From Chrysomallon squamiferum (taxonomy: Eukaryota > Animalia > Mollusca): a stretch of DNA of 64,000 bases. The stretch is from the NCBI GenBank assembly GCA_012295275.1, contig CM022665.1:19716001-19780000 (forward strand). The letters are read 5' to 3'. A model generated the notes under the pieces. It ran no database searches. It was not told the origin of the DNA and saw nothing but the letters and a program-made list of their open reading frames with translations. The translations under genes and the position numbers were made by a program. Shown here one piece after another: positions 1-14,968 of the stretch; within the stretch, counting starts at the first letter, position 1, and each line of letters begins with the position of its first letter.

Positions 1-617
1 CTAAATCTTGATATTTAGACAAATTAGAAATTACTAGCATTTTTAACATAACAAATAATGAACGATGAAGTGGGAGTCATATCCAACAACCTTAAAGAAG
101 TGGAAGTCATACAAATCTTTACAAATTTTCAAAGAGTAGGCTGCGGATCAATACATTAAAGCACTGTTTTGACGCAGATTTGAATTCCACTTTTAAATAT
201 AACACTAACAAAGAAGGTGGAGATAGATAATGTTAGAAGTAAGATTAAAATAAAATGTCAGTAACAGGCAGTTATTAGTCTCCGAAATACAATGGCGGGA
301 ATTTGGCATACTTATATTAAACACTTATTTTCCATTACAGGACGATCAACTATAGCTATCGTGTCTGCAATGGGCAGTTTTCTCTCAGTTTCGCTTAATA
401 AAATTTAGGGTCTTAATATGTAAATCAAACAGTAATCTATTTCTGTGTTATTATAGTCGGTCAGACGTATTTCAGAGAGATGTGTGCTACTTTTCACGTG
501 CTTTTTCTTCCTTTTTTTTTCTTTTTTTAAATTATTATTTATTTAATTTAGTTTTTGTACTGCTGACCATTTCTTCTTATTGTTATTTTGTTTGCTTTTG
601 ACTTTATCATGTTGCTG

Positions 618-653
<36 letters not shown>

Positions 654-1390
654 TTTTTAAGCCCAAAGGGAAAAATGAGCCTTCATCTGAACAAAGATGA
701 CAAATAAGTTCCATTTATTTTCTCTTTGTTAGCTGTATTAGTTGAAGATAATCCTGATGTCTTTTTACACTTACTAAGGAAATCAGGATGGAATGTCTAG
801 TGGGTTTATGTCTGTTCGCCCTGTATCATACAAACCCACTGAATTAGTTTAGTGAACTGCGCCAGCCTATCGAGTCTCGACATTTCTCCTCGAAATGTAT
901 TGGCTCCAAACGCAAACGCTGGCTATCCAATAAGGGATGTTACACATATTAATTATATGGAAGTCACGCCAACTACAAAGTATCAGAAAGCCGTATGTGA
1001 TAGAAGACATTTCATTTCAACTTCTTTAAGTTTGTAGCCAGATCAAACCGGTGTTCACGATTAACGGAGAATTGAGAAAGTTATTAATTGGAAGGTATAA
1101 ACTGAGCGACGCCAGTTCATTCTCCCGTTTGTAACGAACTTTCAAGAGACAAAACTGTTGCAAGTGAGATTCAGTTTATTAATTAGTCGAAGAATTCAAC
1201 CAAGACATTTAGCTGTTTTTTTCTAAAACACAAGGGAAAGGAAGAAAGAATAGAGGAAAAAAAACCACTAAAGGATTTTAAAAAACACTGACTAATACAT
1301 TTCACCTGGACATTTTTGTTTTATCACCTCTACAGCAACTGCTTAGTTGGTGATATCGTGAAGAAAACCACACTTTGTACTCGAAATAAC

Positions 1391-2509
1391 ATGAAGCCAG
1401 TTGCAAGTTCCAATTTGACAATGAATGTCACTGATTCGATGACAAAACCCAATTTAAGCATTTTGTTTCAGGTGGAAGAAAATACAGCGGCCATTGTGGT
1501 GCCCATACTTTTTGGTTTGATATTCATTGTTGGAATCGTTGGAAACGGCACCATCATTTTTATAGTTTTAAGAAACAAAGTTATGAGAAATTTGCCAAAT
1601 ATACTCATCGTAAGTCTTTCAATCGGGGATCTTCTCTTGATTTTAGTTTCAGTTCCTTTTTCGGCGACACAGTTCACTTTCACTTCGTGGCCATACGGAG
1701 AAGCTGTTTGCAAATTCAACTTTTTCATGCAGATGCTTTCGCTCGGTATTTCAATATTCACTCTAACTGCTTTGAGTATAGACAGATATTTCGCCATTGT
1801 GGATCCAATGAGCAAACACACTGGCAATACTTTAGCGAAGCCAGTTATTTTAGTGACTGTTACGTGGGTTTTGTCTGTAGTTTTAGCCATTCCTGACGGT
1901 ATTTTCAGTGAAACTATAGTACCAAACGAATCCAAAGTGCTCGTTTGTTTGTGGAACCCTATCAAATACGGTGAATTGTATACCAAAATACACACAGTGG
2001 TCAAGTTTCTCGTCTATTTCGCTGTTCCACTTGTAACTATTGGCTTCTTTTATCTGATGATGGCAGTGATCCTTGTCAGAAGTGGACGGAGCATGCCGTG
2101 CGAACTGAAAGGTGCTCAAAACCAGCAGAGACAAATTGCAGCACGAAAGAAAGTTGCAAAAATTGTCCTTTCGTTTGTTTTTATATTCTTCCTTTGTTGG
2201 CTGCCGCAGTACATTTACGACATCTGGTACTTTTTTGATGACTCGGAATTCAACCATTTCTGGTACATCTTCAAAATTGCAGCGTTCTGTCTCAAGTTCA
2301 TTAATTCTTGTATCAACCCATTCGCGCTTTATTTACTGAGCAGTCAGTTCCGCAAGTTCTTCAAAAGATACCTGTGTTGTTGCATGCCAAAATCATCCAG
2401 ATACACCAGCCTGGATCAGACGACGACGCTGCAAAATTTTAACAGCGACGTCAGGCGAGCATCCACACAGAACACGATTGCTCACTCAGTGTCGCAGTCG
2501 ATGTGTTAA
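1391..2509 (+). CDS. Class A neuropeptide GPCR, bombesin (GRPR/BRS3)/CCHamide-receptor-like; single coding exon
   Basis: Seven hydrophobic TM segments, GN in TM1, LSIGD in TM2, TLTALSIDRY (family-typical TLTALSxDRY), CWLP in TM6, NSCINPFALYLLS in TM7 and a CCC palmitoylation cluster. N-terminal NLT/NVT/NLS glycosylation sequons follow the first ATG at 1391 (the ORF track start at 1316 is not ATG). Confidence 0.93.
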   Translation: MKPVASSNLTMNVTDSMTKPNLSILFQVEENTAAIVVPILFGLIFIVGIVGNGTIIFIVLRNKVMRNLPNILIVSLSIGDLLLILVSVPFSATQFTFTSWPYGEAVCKFNFFMQMLSLGISIFTLTALSIDRYFAIVDPMSKHTGNTLAKPVILVTVTWVLSVVLAIPDGIFSETIVPNESKVLVCLWNPIKYGELYTKIHTVVKFLVYFAVPLVTIGFFYLMMAVILVRSGRSMPCELKGAQNQQRQIAARKKVAKIVLSFVFIFFLCWLPQYIYDIWYFFDDSEFNHFWYIFKIAAFCLKFINSCINPFALYLLSSQFRKFFKRYLCCCMPKSSRYTSLDQTTTLQNFNSDVRRASTQNTIAHSVSQSMC

Positions 2510-4349
2510 GAAGAATTTTGTGTTATAATTTATTTATTAAATTTTTTTGTTTTGGAAACTATGAATGTGCGCAGCATTTTAACTATAGTCTGCTTTAAAA
2601 AATTAAAAAACGAAAAAACGAAAATTAACACACACACACACACACACACATACACACACACACGCAAAGAAACAAAAGATTTGAAATCTAAGGTAGGTCT
2701 GAAAATATTTATTTTGATATTCTCAACTGAAAATTTTGTCAAATTCCCCATTTGTATTGTGAAATACAAAACAATTAGATGGCAGCAAAATGTTGCTGTC
2801 ATCTTTTATATTACAGTGTTAGCAGAATACTAAATAATTATTATTCTGACATTTGTATTTGTTCGGAATACTTCTAATATAAACATAAAAAATTATATAT
2901 ATTCATGTATAATAATAATAATTAAAAAAAGAAAAAAGAAAGAAATTGAAACATAAAAAAACAAAAAAAAATTCTCTATCTGCTTAGTAGTAAAAACGTT
3001 TTTTAATAATTAGATTATTTATTTATTTATTCCATGCCAGAGTAAGTGAGTTCCCAGTCTAAATGTATTTGTTTGCTTTTTAGTTCTATGCTGAGTGGTT
3101 CGTTTTGATGATTTCACTATGTTTCTGTTATAAGAAAAAGGAAAGGGATACAGACTTTGGATTAAATTAGCAACTACATAATAAAAGAAAAATATTTTAA
3201 AATCATTCGAATTCATTATCGTGTTAACATCTAAGAAAAAATATCTTTTTTTTTTTTTTTTTTTTACTTTATCTTGTGTTAAATGTCAGTGAGAAAAGTC
3301 AGCTGTACGATCATGGGAGAAGAAAACAAGTTTGAATCAATATTTCTTCTTTAGTGATTTTCAAGAGAAATAGTCAGAACACACTGTGATTATTATTTTT
3401 TTTTTCTATTGATAATATATATTCCTTTACTAAAAAGCCAACAAAAAGCAATTAATTAGTCACTCAGCGAAAAGAAAAATATTATCTTTCGCAAAATCAT
3501 TTTTATTCTTGACATAATCCATTTTTAAGAATGTGAACATTTCATTCTGTTGCTGATATATATTTGAATACTTAAACATTTTTTTTTTTTTTTTTTAAGT
3601 ATTTCTTTTAAAAATTTAATTGAAAAATGTATACAGTATTTAATGTAGCTAAAAGTACTATCATATACTTCCACTAACAGAAATATAGTACATGAGGAAT
3701 CTAGTTATTTCGCGGCATGATAATCGAACAAGAAGAACTAATGTCAACATGAAAACCAGAGAGAAATACAGACTGACAGAGAACTGTAACAAGCAGGCAA
3801 ACACAGATGACAAACATGAATAAAAGTATGCGATGAACATTAAATAAACACTCCTACAGATAAAAAAAAAATCACAATAAATAATAGAAATACTCACACA
3901 AAACTTAAATTCTATTTATCAAATTCAGAAAACAATATAGCACGCGCTTTACACATGATGATGTGAGAGATGAAAAAGGCAATAAATTCAGAAAGCAGCC
4001 TGTTATACATAACTTCCCAGAGACTCAACGTATATCAGAGGCATTTCGAAATAAAAAGTCTACATTTTACAATAATGATATAGTTTGATAATTCACATTT
4101 CGATGCTGTGGTAAATATATGGTTGCTTAGCACATGTCTATCACGATTCCTTAATTAGACGATCAAAAAGTTATAAATATTTTCGTACACGAATAGGATT
4201 CTTTTCATTGGTTTGGCAGATGTTGAAAAGGTGTAACTACTTACAATCAGTGAACTCTATTGTTATTTATTATATAAATAATAAATCCATGAAATACCCC
4301 CTCCATAATGTAAAAGACATAATTGATATTCAATTATTCAATTTATGGT

Positions 4350-4403
<54 letters not shown>

Positions 4404-7400
4404 TGTATGTATATTACAAATCTTAAAATATAAAAGATATTTTGTTTTTGTAATATCTGAATTAGACTGTGCAAAGGCTACAATAAATCATAAACTATGT
4501 AATGGAGTTTAATTGATGCCTTATTTTTTAAGTAGTTTCTGAAAGCAATTTTAGAACTGGCGCTTATCTCGTGTACGTCTGTTGTACATTTATTAAAATT
4601 CAGAAATGAAAATCTAGTCGTGATTTTATTAATCAGAAAAAACGGATCCACAGAGAAATAATCCAGCGAAGTATCTGCTTTTGGTAAAATCTTTTTAGTG
4701 ACTAACATTAATTACAGTATCACTGAATTACCAGCTAGTACCAGAGGTCTCTACTGGCAGCAGTTTCATGACGTAGTTTTCAAATCAACAAAAGTTATTG
4801 ATTTAACACTTGTAGTTATTTTATTTACATTAAAGTTTGTAGACATCAAAGTTAACAGATTTTAAAGATCTATATCAAGACGAATCAAACGTTGGATAAC
4901 TAGGATGTGATCAATATCTGTCTTCGTTTTCTCATCATTTTATGTTTGGTTTAACGCTTGACAAGTCTAAGCTGATAACTTTCTCCTATCAGTGAGCTTT
5001 CAGCACCTCACCTCTCTAAGAAAAACGAATTATCCAATGGATGTCTCCTTCTGTCACTCGAGGTTGCTTGTTTTCTAATGCCCATTACTAATACTGTGGG
5101 CTGTTGACTTTTCCTCGCCAATAGGTCTCTAAGGATCTGTAATTTGCAATCAGTAAAAGAAAATTAAATCAGCACCTGCCTTTAGGACAATATAAAACTC
5201 AAGAAAAAGTTTGCATTTCAAACGATAGACGATTTCTGTGTTCAAAATGTTTTTAATAAATGTACTAACCTGAACTCAGGGTTTGATAATTTGGGAAGAG
5301 AAAACTTCATCCTTTAACTGTAAAGCATAACAACAAGAAGAAGAAACAAACGAGAAAGGAGAATTAAAGAAAAAAATAATAACTCGATCAGTCAATAAAA
5401 GTTTAGCAATAATGGTGTCCAAGACAAAACAAAATCATTTTTATAAATTAAAATTTAAAAAAAAAAAAAAAAAAAAAAACGCTATATAGCATCCCCCAAA
5501 TATTCCCCAAGGGAGCTCACTCTATAGTATTTTGCGGCTCTTTACAATGAGCGACAAAGATGATTTGGACGTAATTATTTATGTGAGTTTGATCGAACTG
5601 TCGGCAAAATGCATTGCTATGGTATATTTACAAATAATTATAATTCTTACGAAAACAATATTGTATTAACAGAACGAAGCAGGAATATTACCCTTTCAGC
5701 AGCACTACTTAGTACTGAGTCTTATATTAAAATCATCGACGACTTAATGCCTAGAATTCGACTCATCTGTGTTAACATCGCGAATCTGAAAAGCACTGGT
5801 GAACTTTCTGTTTATTTTGGGGAATAAATTAATCAGTTGTGACACGTCCACTTTAAAAAGTTAATAGTATCGAAATACACACACAGACACAAATATAATT
5901 CTTGTTTACTTTTTCTTTTTATAAATAATAAATAAAGTAATAGAGAGAGAGAAAAAAAAATTGGATAAGAAATAACTATAATAGCATTTATAAGCGGCAT
6001 AAAATCTGTTGTATAATTTACAAGACAATTAATCTTCATATCAATGTTTTTCACTTACTATACAAATTATTATCATTAAGCTGATAGTTAACGAATCACT
6101 ACGTTTAACGCTACATTGAGTGTAGTTAACAAAAATAAATATTGCTTAAATTAAGTTAATTTTATTCCTGAAAATTTTAAATTGTAGTAGGCCTATGAAA
6201 TTAGAATTTGTGTTTGGAGACTCCTACATCGGCATTTGATTAACCATGTAATGCTTTTGATGTTATTTTTGACTCGTCGTTTTGTTGTATTTTACCTTTG
6301 TTTTCACGCAGTAGCCGAAATGTTCTTTTATTCTGATATATCGTTAAACATTCATTCACTCATTAATTCATTTTTAACTCAAAAGAGAAAATTATAATGC
6401 TTCCTTAAATCAAAAAAAAAAAAAAAAAAGCATTTCAGTGCCGACTACCTTGATGATAGGAAGGAAATACTCGTTCATTCGACAAGCCAAAGTGAACATT
6501 AACAATTTTACATAATATTTTATATTTGAACTAGCAGAAAACTATTTATTTAAAATTATTTATTTATTTATTATTATTATTAAAGTAACAGGTACTTAAA
6601 GGAGATAGCAGTGCCAAGAACTGTAAATAAAAACTGTAATGTTTTAAACATCAGATTATAAACATTTAGATATTGTTTCAGAACCCGGACCCGCACTTAC
6701 CTAACCCATACTCCGCCACTCTTTGTTAATATTTAAACGAAAGTTTATACCCTGGTATAGTCTGATCCAGGGCAAAATATACACTGAGGTGTAAAATAGC
6801 CTGGGCTGGTTTATTCCGCGGAGTATGTTTTGGTCTAGAGCAAATAATAACCCATTCTGCGACAGTTATGTCATTTGTAAGTTTTAATTTTTCACTCAAA
6901 CAAATAACTCAATAAATATTCAGTGCTCTTTTTATATACACAAGTTTAGTTCGGCAAAATGTGGTGACGATCTAAAAAAAATCGAACATTTTTTTTTTTT
7001 TTTTTTTTTTTTTATTCGCTTTTCTTACTGTATGTAATTTTCCTATCTTCTGGATATTGCCCCAATTTACAGATTTCAGTTGTTATGCATGTAATGTAAA
7101 TTTCCCTCTGATATTTAATATATGTAGTAACAGAAACAATTTTTGTTTCTTTTTCAGATGTTTTATGAATTAACTTAGATTAAATGTCGAGAGACATTTT
7201 TTTCTATGTGACCTGCGTTATTGATTGTCATTTTAGCTTTCTATTACGTAACACAAGATTGCTAACATAAGCTGCACATGCGCTGCATGCTTTTTGTGTG
7301 AAGTCAACATCTCAGCACCATTCTCTCTTCAGCTTATTATAATATTTTATGTTATTATCCTGCCTTAAACTGATAATTAAATTTGCTTTTGACATTCGTT

Positions 7401-7727
7401 TGAACCAGTTGTTCAGATTTGTTAAATTGTGGAAGTACAAGTTAAGAAACTTGTATATAAACATCTAGCAGCGATATGTTTACGGTTTATAAATATTTTC
7501 TTTATTTCATATGTAATTACTAATGGTAGTACCGTAAATAATAAAAGAAAATAATTGCATTTTATTACTAAAAATATTTTGTTGTGATATTATTTTAAGG
7601 TTATATATATATATATACACATAGGCAAATAATCTCACTAACATGTCGGTCATAGGCACAGTACATTTGTATACAAGTAACAAAAAAATAAAAAACTGAA
7701 AAAAGTAGTTATTATCAATGAATAGAT

Positions 7728-7953
7728 TTTTAAAATAATTCATTTTATGAGAAGTGCCCTAATTGTAATTAAATTTAAAAGTCAAAAATGTTCTGACATT
7801 TTGTAAAAATCTATGTCTATTATTTCTAGAACTTTTATTAAAAAAAAAAAAAAAAAGAACATTTGCTATAGACTATAATTTACATAATGTAATGAAGCAT
7901 TAACAGATTTATTCGGGTAAACTAATTCGGTCTAAATATTTTCACCATTCACT
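7728..7953 (+). repeat. Interspersed repeat, copy 1 (copy 2 at ~30150-30380)
   Basis: Collinear similarity: aaatttaaaagt.aaaaatgttctgacatttt...tatgtctatta.ttctagaa...acataatgtaatgaagc...accattcact. Confidence 0.75.
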
Positions 7954-9084
7954 TTTGAAACTTTCACTAATATTATAAGAAATGCTGGTACACTTTCTAC
8001 TTTTTGTCGGTTGTCTCTTTTGGCAAGAAATACTAGAATTCAGAAAATGAACAATCTGATTATATAGCAAAGACAAAGAAAGGCTTTTTCTGCATTTTAA
8101 CGTTTTATTCCCCCCCCCTCCCCTCAACGCGTTTATCACGTCATAAGAGTGAAGAGAATTTTTGGATCTTCAGTAACGATGTATTTCATAAGAAATGAGA
8201 AATGCTGCTCTTCCATACTAATAACTTTATTTATTATAAAAAAAAACAAAAAACCCTGACATATGACTCATTTTGTGTCATTGATTATAAAAGGTTGGAT
8301 TTTTTAAAGAAAGAAGAAAGCAAGTAATAAAAAAAAAAAAAAAAAAATGTATTTTTTTTTTATATTCACAGCATGAAGGATAATAAGTTTAATAATATAA
8401 TCATTTTCAAAATCATCTAACTGCAAATAAAATGTACGTCGATTTCCCTCGTGCATAAACTGAATTCAAGTAATCACTTCAGCGTTTACAAATAAATCTG
8501 GAATTTATCAATGGAATATGAAAAGAGATTTCATTTTCCGTTATTAAATACAATTTTTATTATGCCGTGCTGATTATAAATTACACTTACTGAAACTGTC
8601 GATATGCGTACTGTTCGATTTCTCAATAACTTGAATAAAAATGTGGGTTATAACTAATTTATGAATTTTAAATACTGTCCAAAGAACATGGTGTTCGTCT
8701 GAGTTCATTATATTCACTTTTTCTCTTAGGTGCGATAAAAAACATGAAATAAAACATGAAAGGACTAACCACAGGCACTGCAGGGGTAGGGTTGAATGGA
8801 TTTGGCTATTAATTCAAAAACGGCGGCTGCTTCTCATCGAAATATTGTGCAGCCGTTTACATTAGCAGAATTTTTAGTGGGTGAGGGTAATCGACGGCAA
8901 AAAGTATCAGAATTGCTGGGTGGGTGGGGGGACGGTTTAATTTTTTTTTTTAAATATAGATCATGGCAGAAAATGCATTATTTTTGCATTCTCGGAAGTT
9001 ATTGACAAGGGAGACAATGATGCTAGTTCCCAGCAGAACGGATCCTCGGAAAAATTAACGACATAGATTACGTTACAGCACATT

Positions 9085-9238
9085 TCTACTGCGCATTACG
9101 TCATGGGACCTGCCATAACTGCAAAAATTTCCTGCAGTTCTCGTTGACACATTCGCGGACGGATCTCGGCAGACATCGTGGGTGCGAACACCCCGTGCGT
9201 ATCAGAGAAGGATTATGGGTCTGTAAGGCGGGGTAAGT
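9085..9238 (+). promoter_or_regulatory. Candidate promoter / first exon with strong donor
   Basis: CpG-rich patch with TGCGCA and CRE-like TTACGTCA (9096-9103), ending in G|GTAAGT at 9233; downstream DNA becomes CpG-poor. Confidence 0.4.
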
Positions 9239-12045
9239 AAATGTTTTTTCATTTTTGTTTGTTTAAATTTTATTATGATTTTCCTTTCTTTCCTATTCTC
9301 GCTATATATTTATAATATTATATACACATCATCTGAGGTTCATTCGGGAATTGAACTTGTGAAGTTTTGTATTTCCAGCGCCACATAATGCTGATTCACA
9401 TACATACTTACGTATGTGCTTTCATACATACAAATACAATTGTGCCAATCGAGGGGAGAAGTGAAATAAAATTACAGTTCACTTACAAATTGATCATATA
9501 AAAATTCTTAAATCATAAATTTAAACTTTAGGCAATACCAAATTTATTTTGACAAAAATGATTGTAACACAACTAAAACTTGTTATTATCAACAGTGAAC
9601 ATAAATTGTGGTAAAGTATTGGATTACTGTGTATAACTCTCATCAATGAACATTTGTCAATTATACAAAAGTTTCTTTAAATAATAAAAAAAGAAAATAA
9701 ATTATGATCTCAAGGACTATTTTTTATTTTTTTTTAACATTTAAATGGCTTCATCAACACCATTGTTTAAAAGACATTAAAAAGTTAGTGACTTGTTTTG
9801 TCTCTCTCAGGGTAATGCAAAGTAAACTATCTGGTCAAAAGGAGGATGGTATCAGTGGATCTTTTTAAATTTGAATAATCTTACATTTATGATATAACTG
9901 GCTTAAAATTAAGAAGACATTTTTTTCTTTTGTTCCCTAAATTGTACAGCTTTCATTTTTGTTTCATTCTGTCTGTGATGCAGCTTTTCTCTTTTTTCCT
10001 TCTGCTATCCTTTATTCTTTTTCTTGTGAAACTGATTAATGTTAAAACATCTTAACATCAAGCCATGGATTTACACTGTATTAACGAGCAGTATATTGTT
10101 TATTTAATGGACAACAGAAATAATATACATTGCAAATGCCTCGTACCAAAATTGACAATGAACTCGCATGCTCTATTTCCATCATAAAAGTTATTGTATT
10201 GCTGTTGTATAGCTGTTAATTTTCTTTTGGCAGACACAAGCACATACTCACAAGTCACACATTAATTACATGCATAAACAAATTTGTGTAGTGTCACACT
10301 AATTATGTACTGTTTGAATACATTATCGACAGATTTATTGTCAGTGATCAGCAGAGAATGCTTGCAAAATAATATCACCATTTATTTGCATCAGCAGAGA
10401 TACACTTAGACACTCAATTCTTGAAAATGGATATCACTTTCATGTCTTTCACCAAAAATAAATCAAAATCACAGAAGCATGGCTCTAGTATTATCAGGAG
10501 CTGCTTCTTGTACTGAAGTAATACTCACTCATCTTTGATTATTCAGCTAAGCAGATTGTAGTTAAATATGAATAGCTATTTAATTAATAAAATATTTTTT
10601 ATTACAGTGTAAACAGCTTTTCTGCTGTAAACATGTCTGTGAGTATGAACTACATGGACTAATGGAGAAAACGGGAATGCCTGATGAAGACTGACTGCTA
10701 GTACAGTGGTAACTGTATAGTTTAAAATTTATTTTCTTATAAATTCAGATATATAAACTGGTATACAGACACATAGTACTGGTATCACAACTCACTTTCT
10801 GTTATTGCTGGTATTGAGCCTTTAAGGCTTTTCAGTGGTTGAAAATTAACTACCTTATTTACAATTAATATTACCATATACTGCACATGTTTTAGTATTA
10901 GCAGTCTCAGAAAGCCAAAATACTGTTTGTGTTGACAACTTGTTATTGCCATAGAAACATTGGTAAAAAGCAGATTCAGTGGATTTGTGAGAGTTTCACG
11001 CCCATTGACTGGTACATTTAGAACTGCACATGGCTTTAAATTCTTTGATAAAAAGAAACTAGTATTTTAATTGATAAAATATATAAAAACTAATCAAGTG
11101 TTTCGACAGTAAAGATTTGTTAAATTAATAATTGTTTATTTTTCTTTTCTTTTACAGATTATGAAGCAACATAAAGAACAATGAAAGCAGAAAATAGATG
11201 CTGTCTACAAAACACATGTACAAACATCATGTGAATATACATGCCGTGGCTTGTATGAACAGTAATAAAAAAACTATATCTTGAGATATTGTGTAAACAG
11301 TTTCATTTTGCATAAAACATTTGTTCTATAAATATTTCTTTAAACAAATCTAACTTTTTATAACAATTATACAAATCTCACGAAATAATAAATGACAATA
11401 CAAAAAAATAAATAAGACAACAAGAAACCAAAACCAAACAGAAACACCTTTAATATATTTTCTCCTCGTCATCCATAAGTGTATACTGATATTTACATTT
11501 GTTTCACAAATTAAAAATATTTTTCTATTTCATTTAAACAATTTTAGATTTATTACTACTAACTTTTTAACCATGAATAGTAACATGTACATATATTTTT
11601 TTGATTACAGGAATTTACCAGACAATCTTTCTCCAAATTTGTGAAAATATGGACATCAAAAATTTAACAAGAAAAAATAGAAAACAGAAGAAAAAAAGCA
11701 AAGACAAGACATTATAAAAGGAAGCCTGAACAGAAGTGAACAAAGCAATAATGAGCAAGCCATAGTTATTAGTAAGTCAAGATAATTTCTGAATTGCTGT
11801 ATTTTATCTACATTGGTATTGTAATGTTAGAATTGGCATTCCTAGTATCCAAGTATGTTAGTATTTTCAACAGACAAATGAAGTTTTATTTATTGCTCTG
11901 TTTAAAAAAGTTGTAAATATTTTTATTATTTTATTTTTTTATTTTATTTTTTTACTTTGATGGGTTAAAATGTCTTTTTCTTCAGTGTTTTTTTTTATAT
12001 GGATTTTTAAAAAAAATTAATTTCATTACTTTTTAAATATTTATG

Positions 12046-12076
<31 letters not shown>

Positions 12077-14968
12077 CTTGCTTGGTTAAAATGTGTTTAC
12101 TTGTATTTTTTCTTTTTTTTTAATTTATAATTTTTAATTTTTTCTGTTAAACCGTTTTAAAAATATTTTGGTTTGATTTCTATTTCTTTTTTTTTTATTT
12201 ACTATTATTATTATTATATAAAAATACTATGTGTACTTACAATTATATTTTCATGGTAAGATTATCAGACTTTTTAATTTTGAAAGAGAAAAGAAAATAC
12301 GAAATAAGATATATATAAAATACAACAGGTAAAAGTATTGTGCTATTTAGTTACTGTATTTTTTTGTTTTTTTTAAAGTACATTTGTATGAACACATAAA
12401 ATATTACATTAGTATCCACTTATGTATCATAAGCACATTTTAAGTGAAGGTGACAACCAGTAATGGAGGAAACTGCTGTTGTTCTCAATGTTTCTTCTAC
12501 AGAATCCTTGTAGTGTAAATTTTACTTTTACTTCTTTACTTCTTTTTAACATTATCATGTAAAGAAAACATTTAACACTACGCTCATATTAAAACATACA
12601 CACCCACACACACACACTCAAAACAAAAAACAGGCACTTATCGTGGTCATGAAAGAATTAACAAAGGCAGTTCATTAGACATCTGGATGATACTAAGATC
12701 ATTAGACATCTGGATGATACTAAGATAAGCTGTTTTAATGGAAACAGTATTGAAAAATACCTTAAAGAATATGAAAATATGAAAGAAAGAGGTTGGTCTG
12801 TTTTCATCAAAAAACAACTTTAAAATATTAAGGTAAAGTGTCTCAATTTTCTTTCAGAACATTTTGTCTGTCTTCTTAAGTGCTAGAATTAATAAGTAGA
12901 AAAATTGACATGTAGCATAGAAATAGATGATTTTTCTAGGGTTATTTTGTCCTAAAACTGAAACTATTTTCTGTTCAGTTTCTCTGATACAAACAGGAGT
13001 CTTCTAGAGGTGTTCCAAAAATAGTAATACATCTTACGTGCTTTTCTGTGTGCAAGATTATTTAAAATATTTCTTGCTGTTTGATCATTGTTGGCTCTCA
13101 TTGTTGGGAAAAAAAGCCTCAGCGTATTGATTCAACAGTTTCCTGTTTTGTCTTCTTTCAGTCAGTACCATTCCACTATATACTACCTATCCAGTCTGTT
13201 CCTTCATATTCCATTCTTCTTGCTGGCCTTCATCTAAACCTTTTCCCTTCTTGTAGTTTTCAAGTGGTGAAATGCAATATCCACAGGTTATATTGTGTTC
13301 AACTCATCTGCTTGTTTTCATGTTCAGTCATATGTTTTCTCTGATTAATCTAGTACATAGTTTCTTCTCTGATACAACCACTGACGAAAAATTGTTTGCT
13401 GTATTTTGTTGAACAGCTTAGTGATGTTTTTAGAAACTAAAAAAAAATGAACAATAAACAACTAAAACAAAAACAAGAATAACCATTAAACAAAGAAGAA
13501 CGTTTGCATTTTGTAAAATTATATATTTTATTTTTACTTCAATCAAAGCATTTCAAATTATTTTTCCATTAACGTTTTTCTTTTTACAAGTTTCTGCCTT
13601 ATGTTGTGTTGTGACTTATTTCTGCTGTACATAATCAGTACATCATAGTAACTTGTAGAAAAGTGATGATGAACTAAACAATTTGGCTTTCTCTCATATG
13701 TATAAATCTATATAAAACAATAGTGATGTGGAACTGCCTGTCTGTTTAATCTAAAGATTGCTAGTACTGTTTGGTGTATACTTTTATTTGAAATATTGTA
13801 TAGTGGTGGGGAGAAACTTTTCACTTTAACAGCAGGGATCATGTGAAGCAGGCTAGTTGTTATGCACAATTAAAAACAAGTCAGATAACATTTTGATTGA
13901 CAGAGTAAATACAATGATTTCACACTTCTAATTTAAATGAACATGTTCCAGAGGAAGAAGCCTAAATTAGGAACAGTCCAGACATTTTAAATATGGATAT
14001 AATGACAACCTTTACAACATAGTGATATTTATTTCAGTTTAACTGGTGGGATAGTATTATTTTCATATTAGTTTTGGATCATATTTTTTCTTTTTTTTCG
14101 GAAAATTCATACATGTAGCTGTGTGGATCTTTGATGGATTTGAATTTTTTCATTGAGTGGTTTTCTCAATTTTAATACTGAAATAAAATAAGAGGAAAAC
14201 AAAATAAGAATTAGATTTTACTTGCTGTAAATATTTTTAATAATTTCTACATAATTTCAGAAAACAAAAATACCTTTTGAGGCAGGTTTGTTTTATTTAA
14301 AATCAATCCTGTTACTTACCAGCAATTAGCATGGCTTGAGCACTGAAAGCTAAAACTTTGATTAGTTTGCAAAATAACTGAAAAGGTTTAGATTTAAATT
14401 TTACTGTTGAGTTATTTAAAAACATTTTGCACACATCAGGTTTGAATTTCAGATTTCCTATAATATAGTAAGTCAATGTAAAATGTATTAGTAACATAGA
14501 TTACAGACAGTTTTACATTAGTAACCTCTTTTTCATTTTCGGTTTTAGTTTTGGCTTAGTTTTCTATTACAAATTTTCTTTTATCAGTTGCAAATAATAT
14601 TTTCAAGATTCCAATTTGTTTTCCAGAGCTCACTCTGTAAGTGGTTTTGAACTTGCATATAAATCTGTTCATTTCATTGTAGTACTTCAACACTGAAACA
14701 GTTTGCATAAATGAATTTTCATATCGAGCTGGTTGTGATGTTTTGTTGTGGGTCCTTGACTTGTGTGGCTTGTTTGATCTGCTTTCATCACCAGGTTCCT
14801 GAAGTTAATTTGCTGCTCAGTTCTTGGATGCTCTTGGCATTGTTTTCTTATCATCCACTCATTCCCAATTATTTTGCTTAATTTTTTATTTTATTTTAAT
14901 AGGATGTGTTTGCTTGTTGTGTTTAATTGTAATTGTTTTAAAAAAAAGAAGAAAAAAATCTCAAACTA

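Noticed and set aside
1468-2339. Overlapping and antisense ORFs within the GPCR
   Set aside because: Shadow frames of the real CDS with no independent motifs
6660-6870. GC-richer patch resembling a non-autonomous Helentron/MITE-type repeat
   Set aside because: Could not define termini, TSD or a second copy in the window
12672-12725. Perfect 27-bp tandem duplication with TGATA/ATGAT motifs, considered as a snoRNA
   Set aside because: No properly spaced C and D boxes with a terminal stem; simple local duplication
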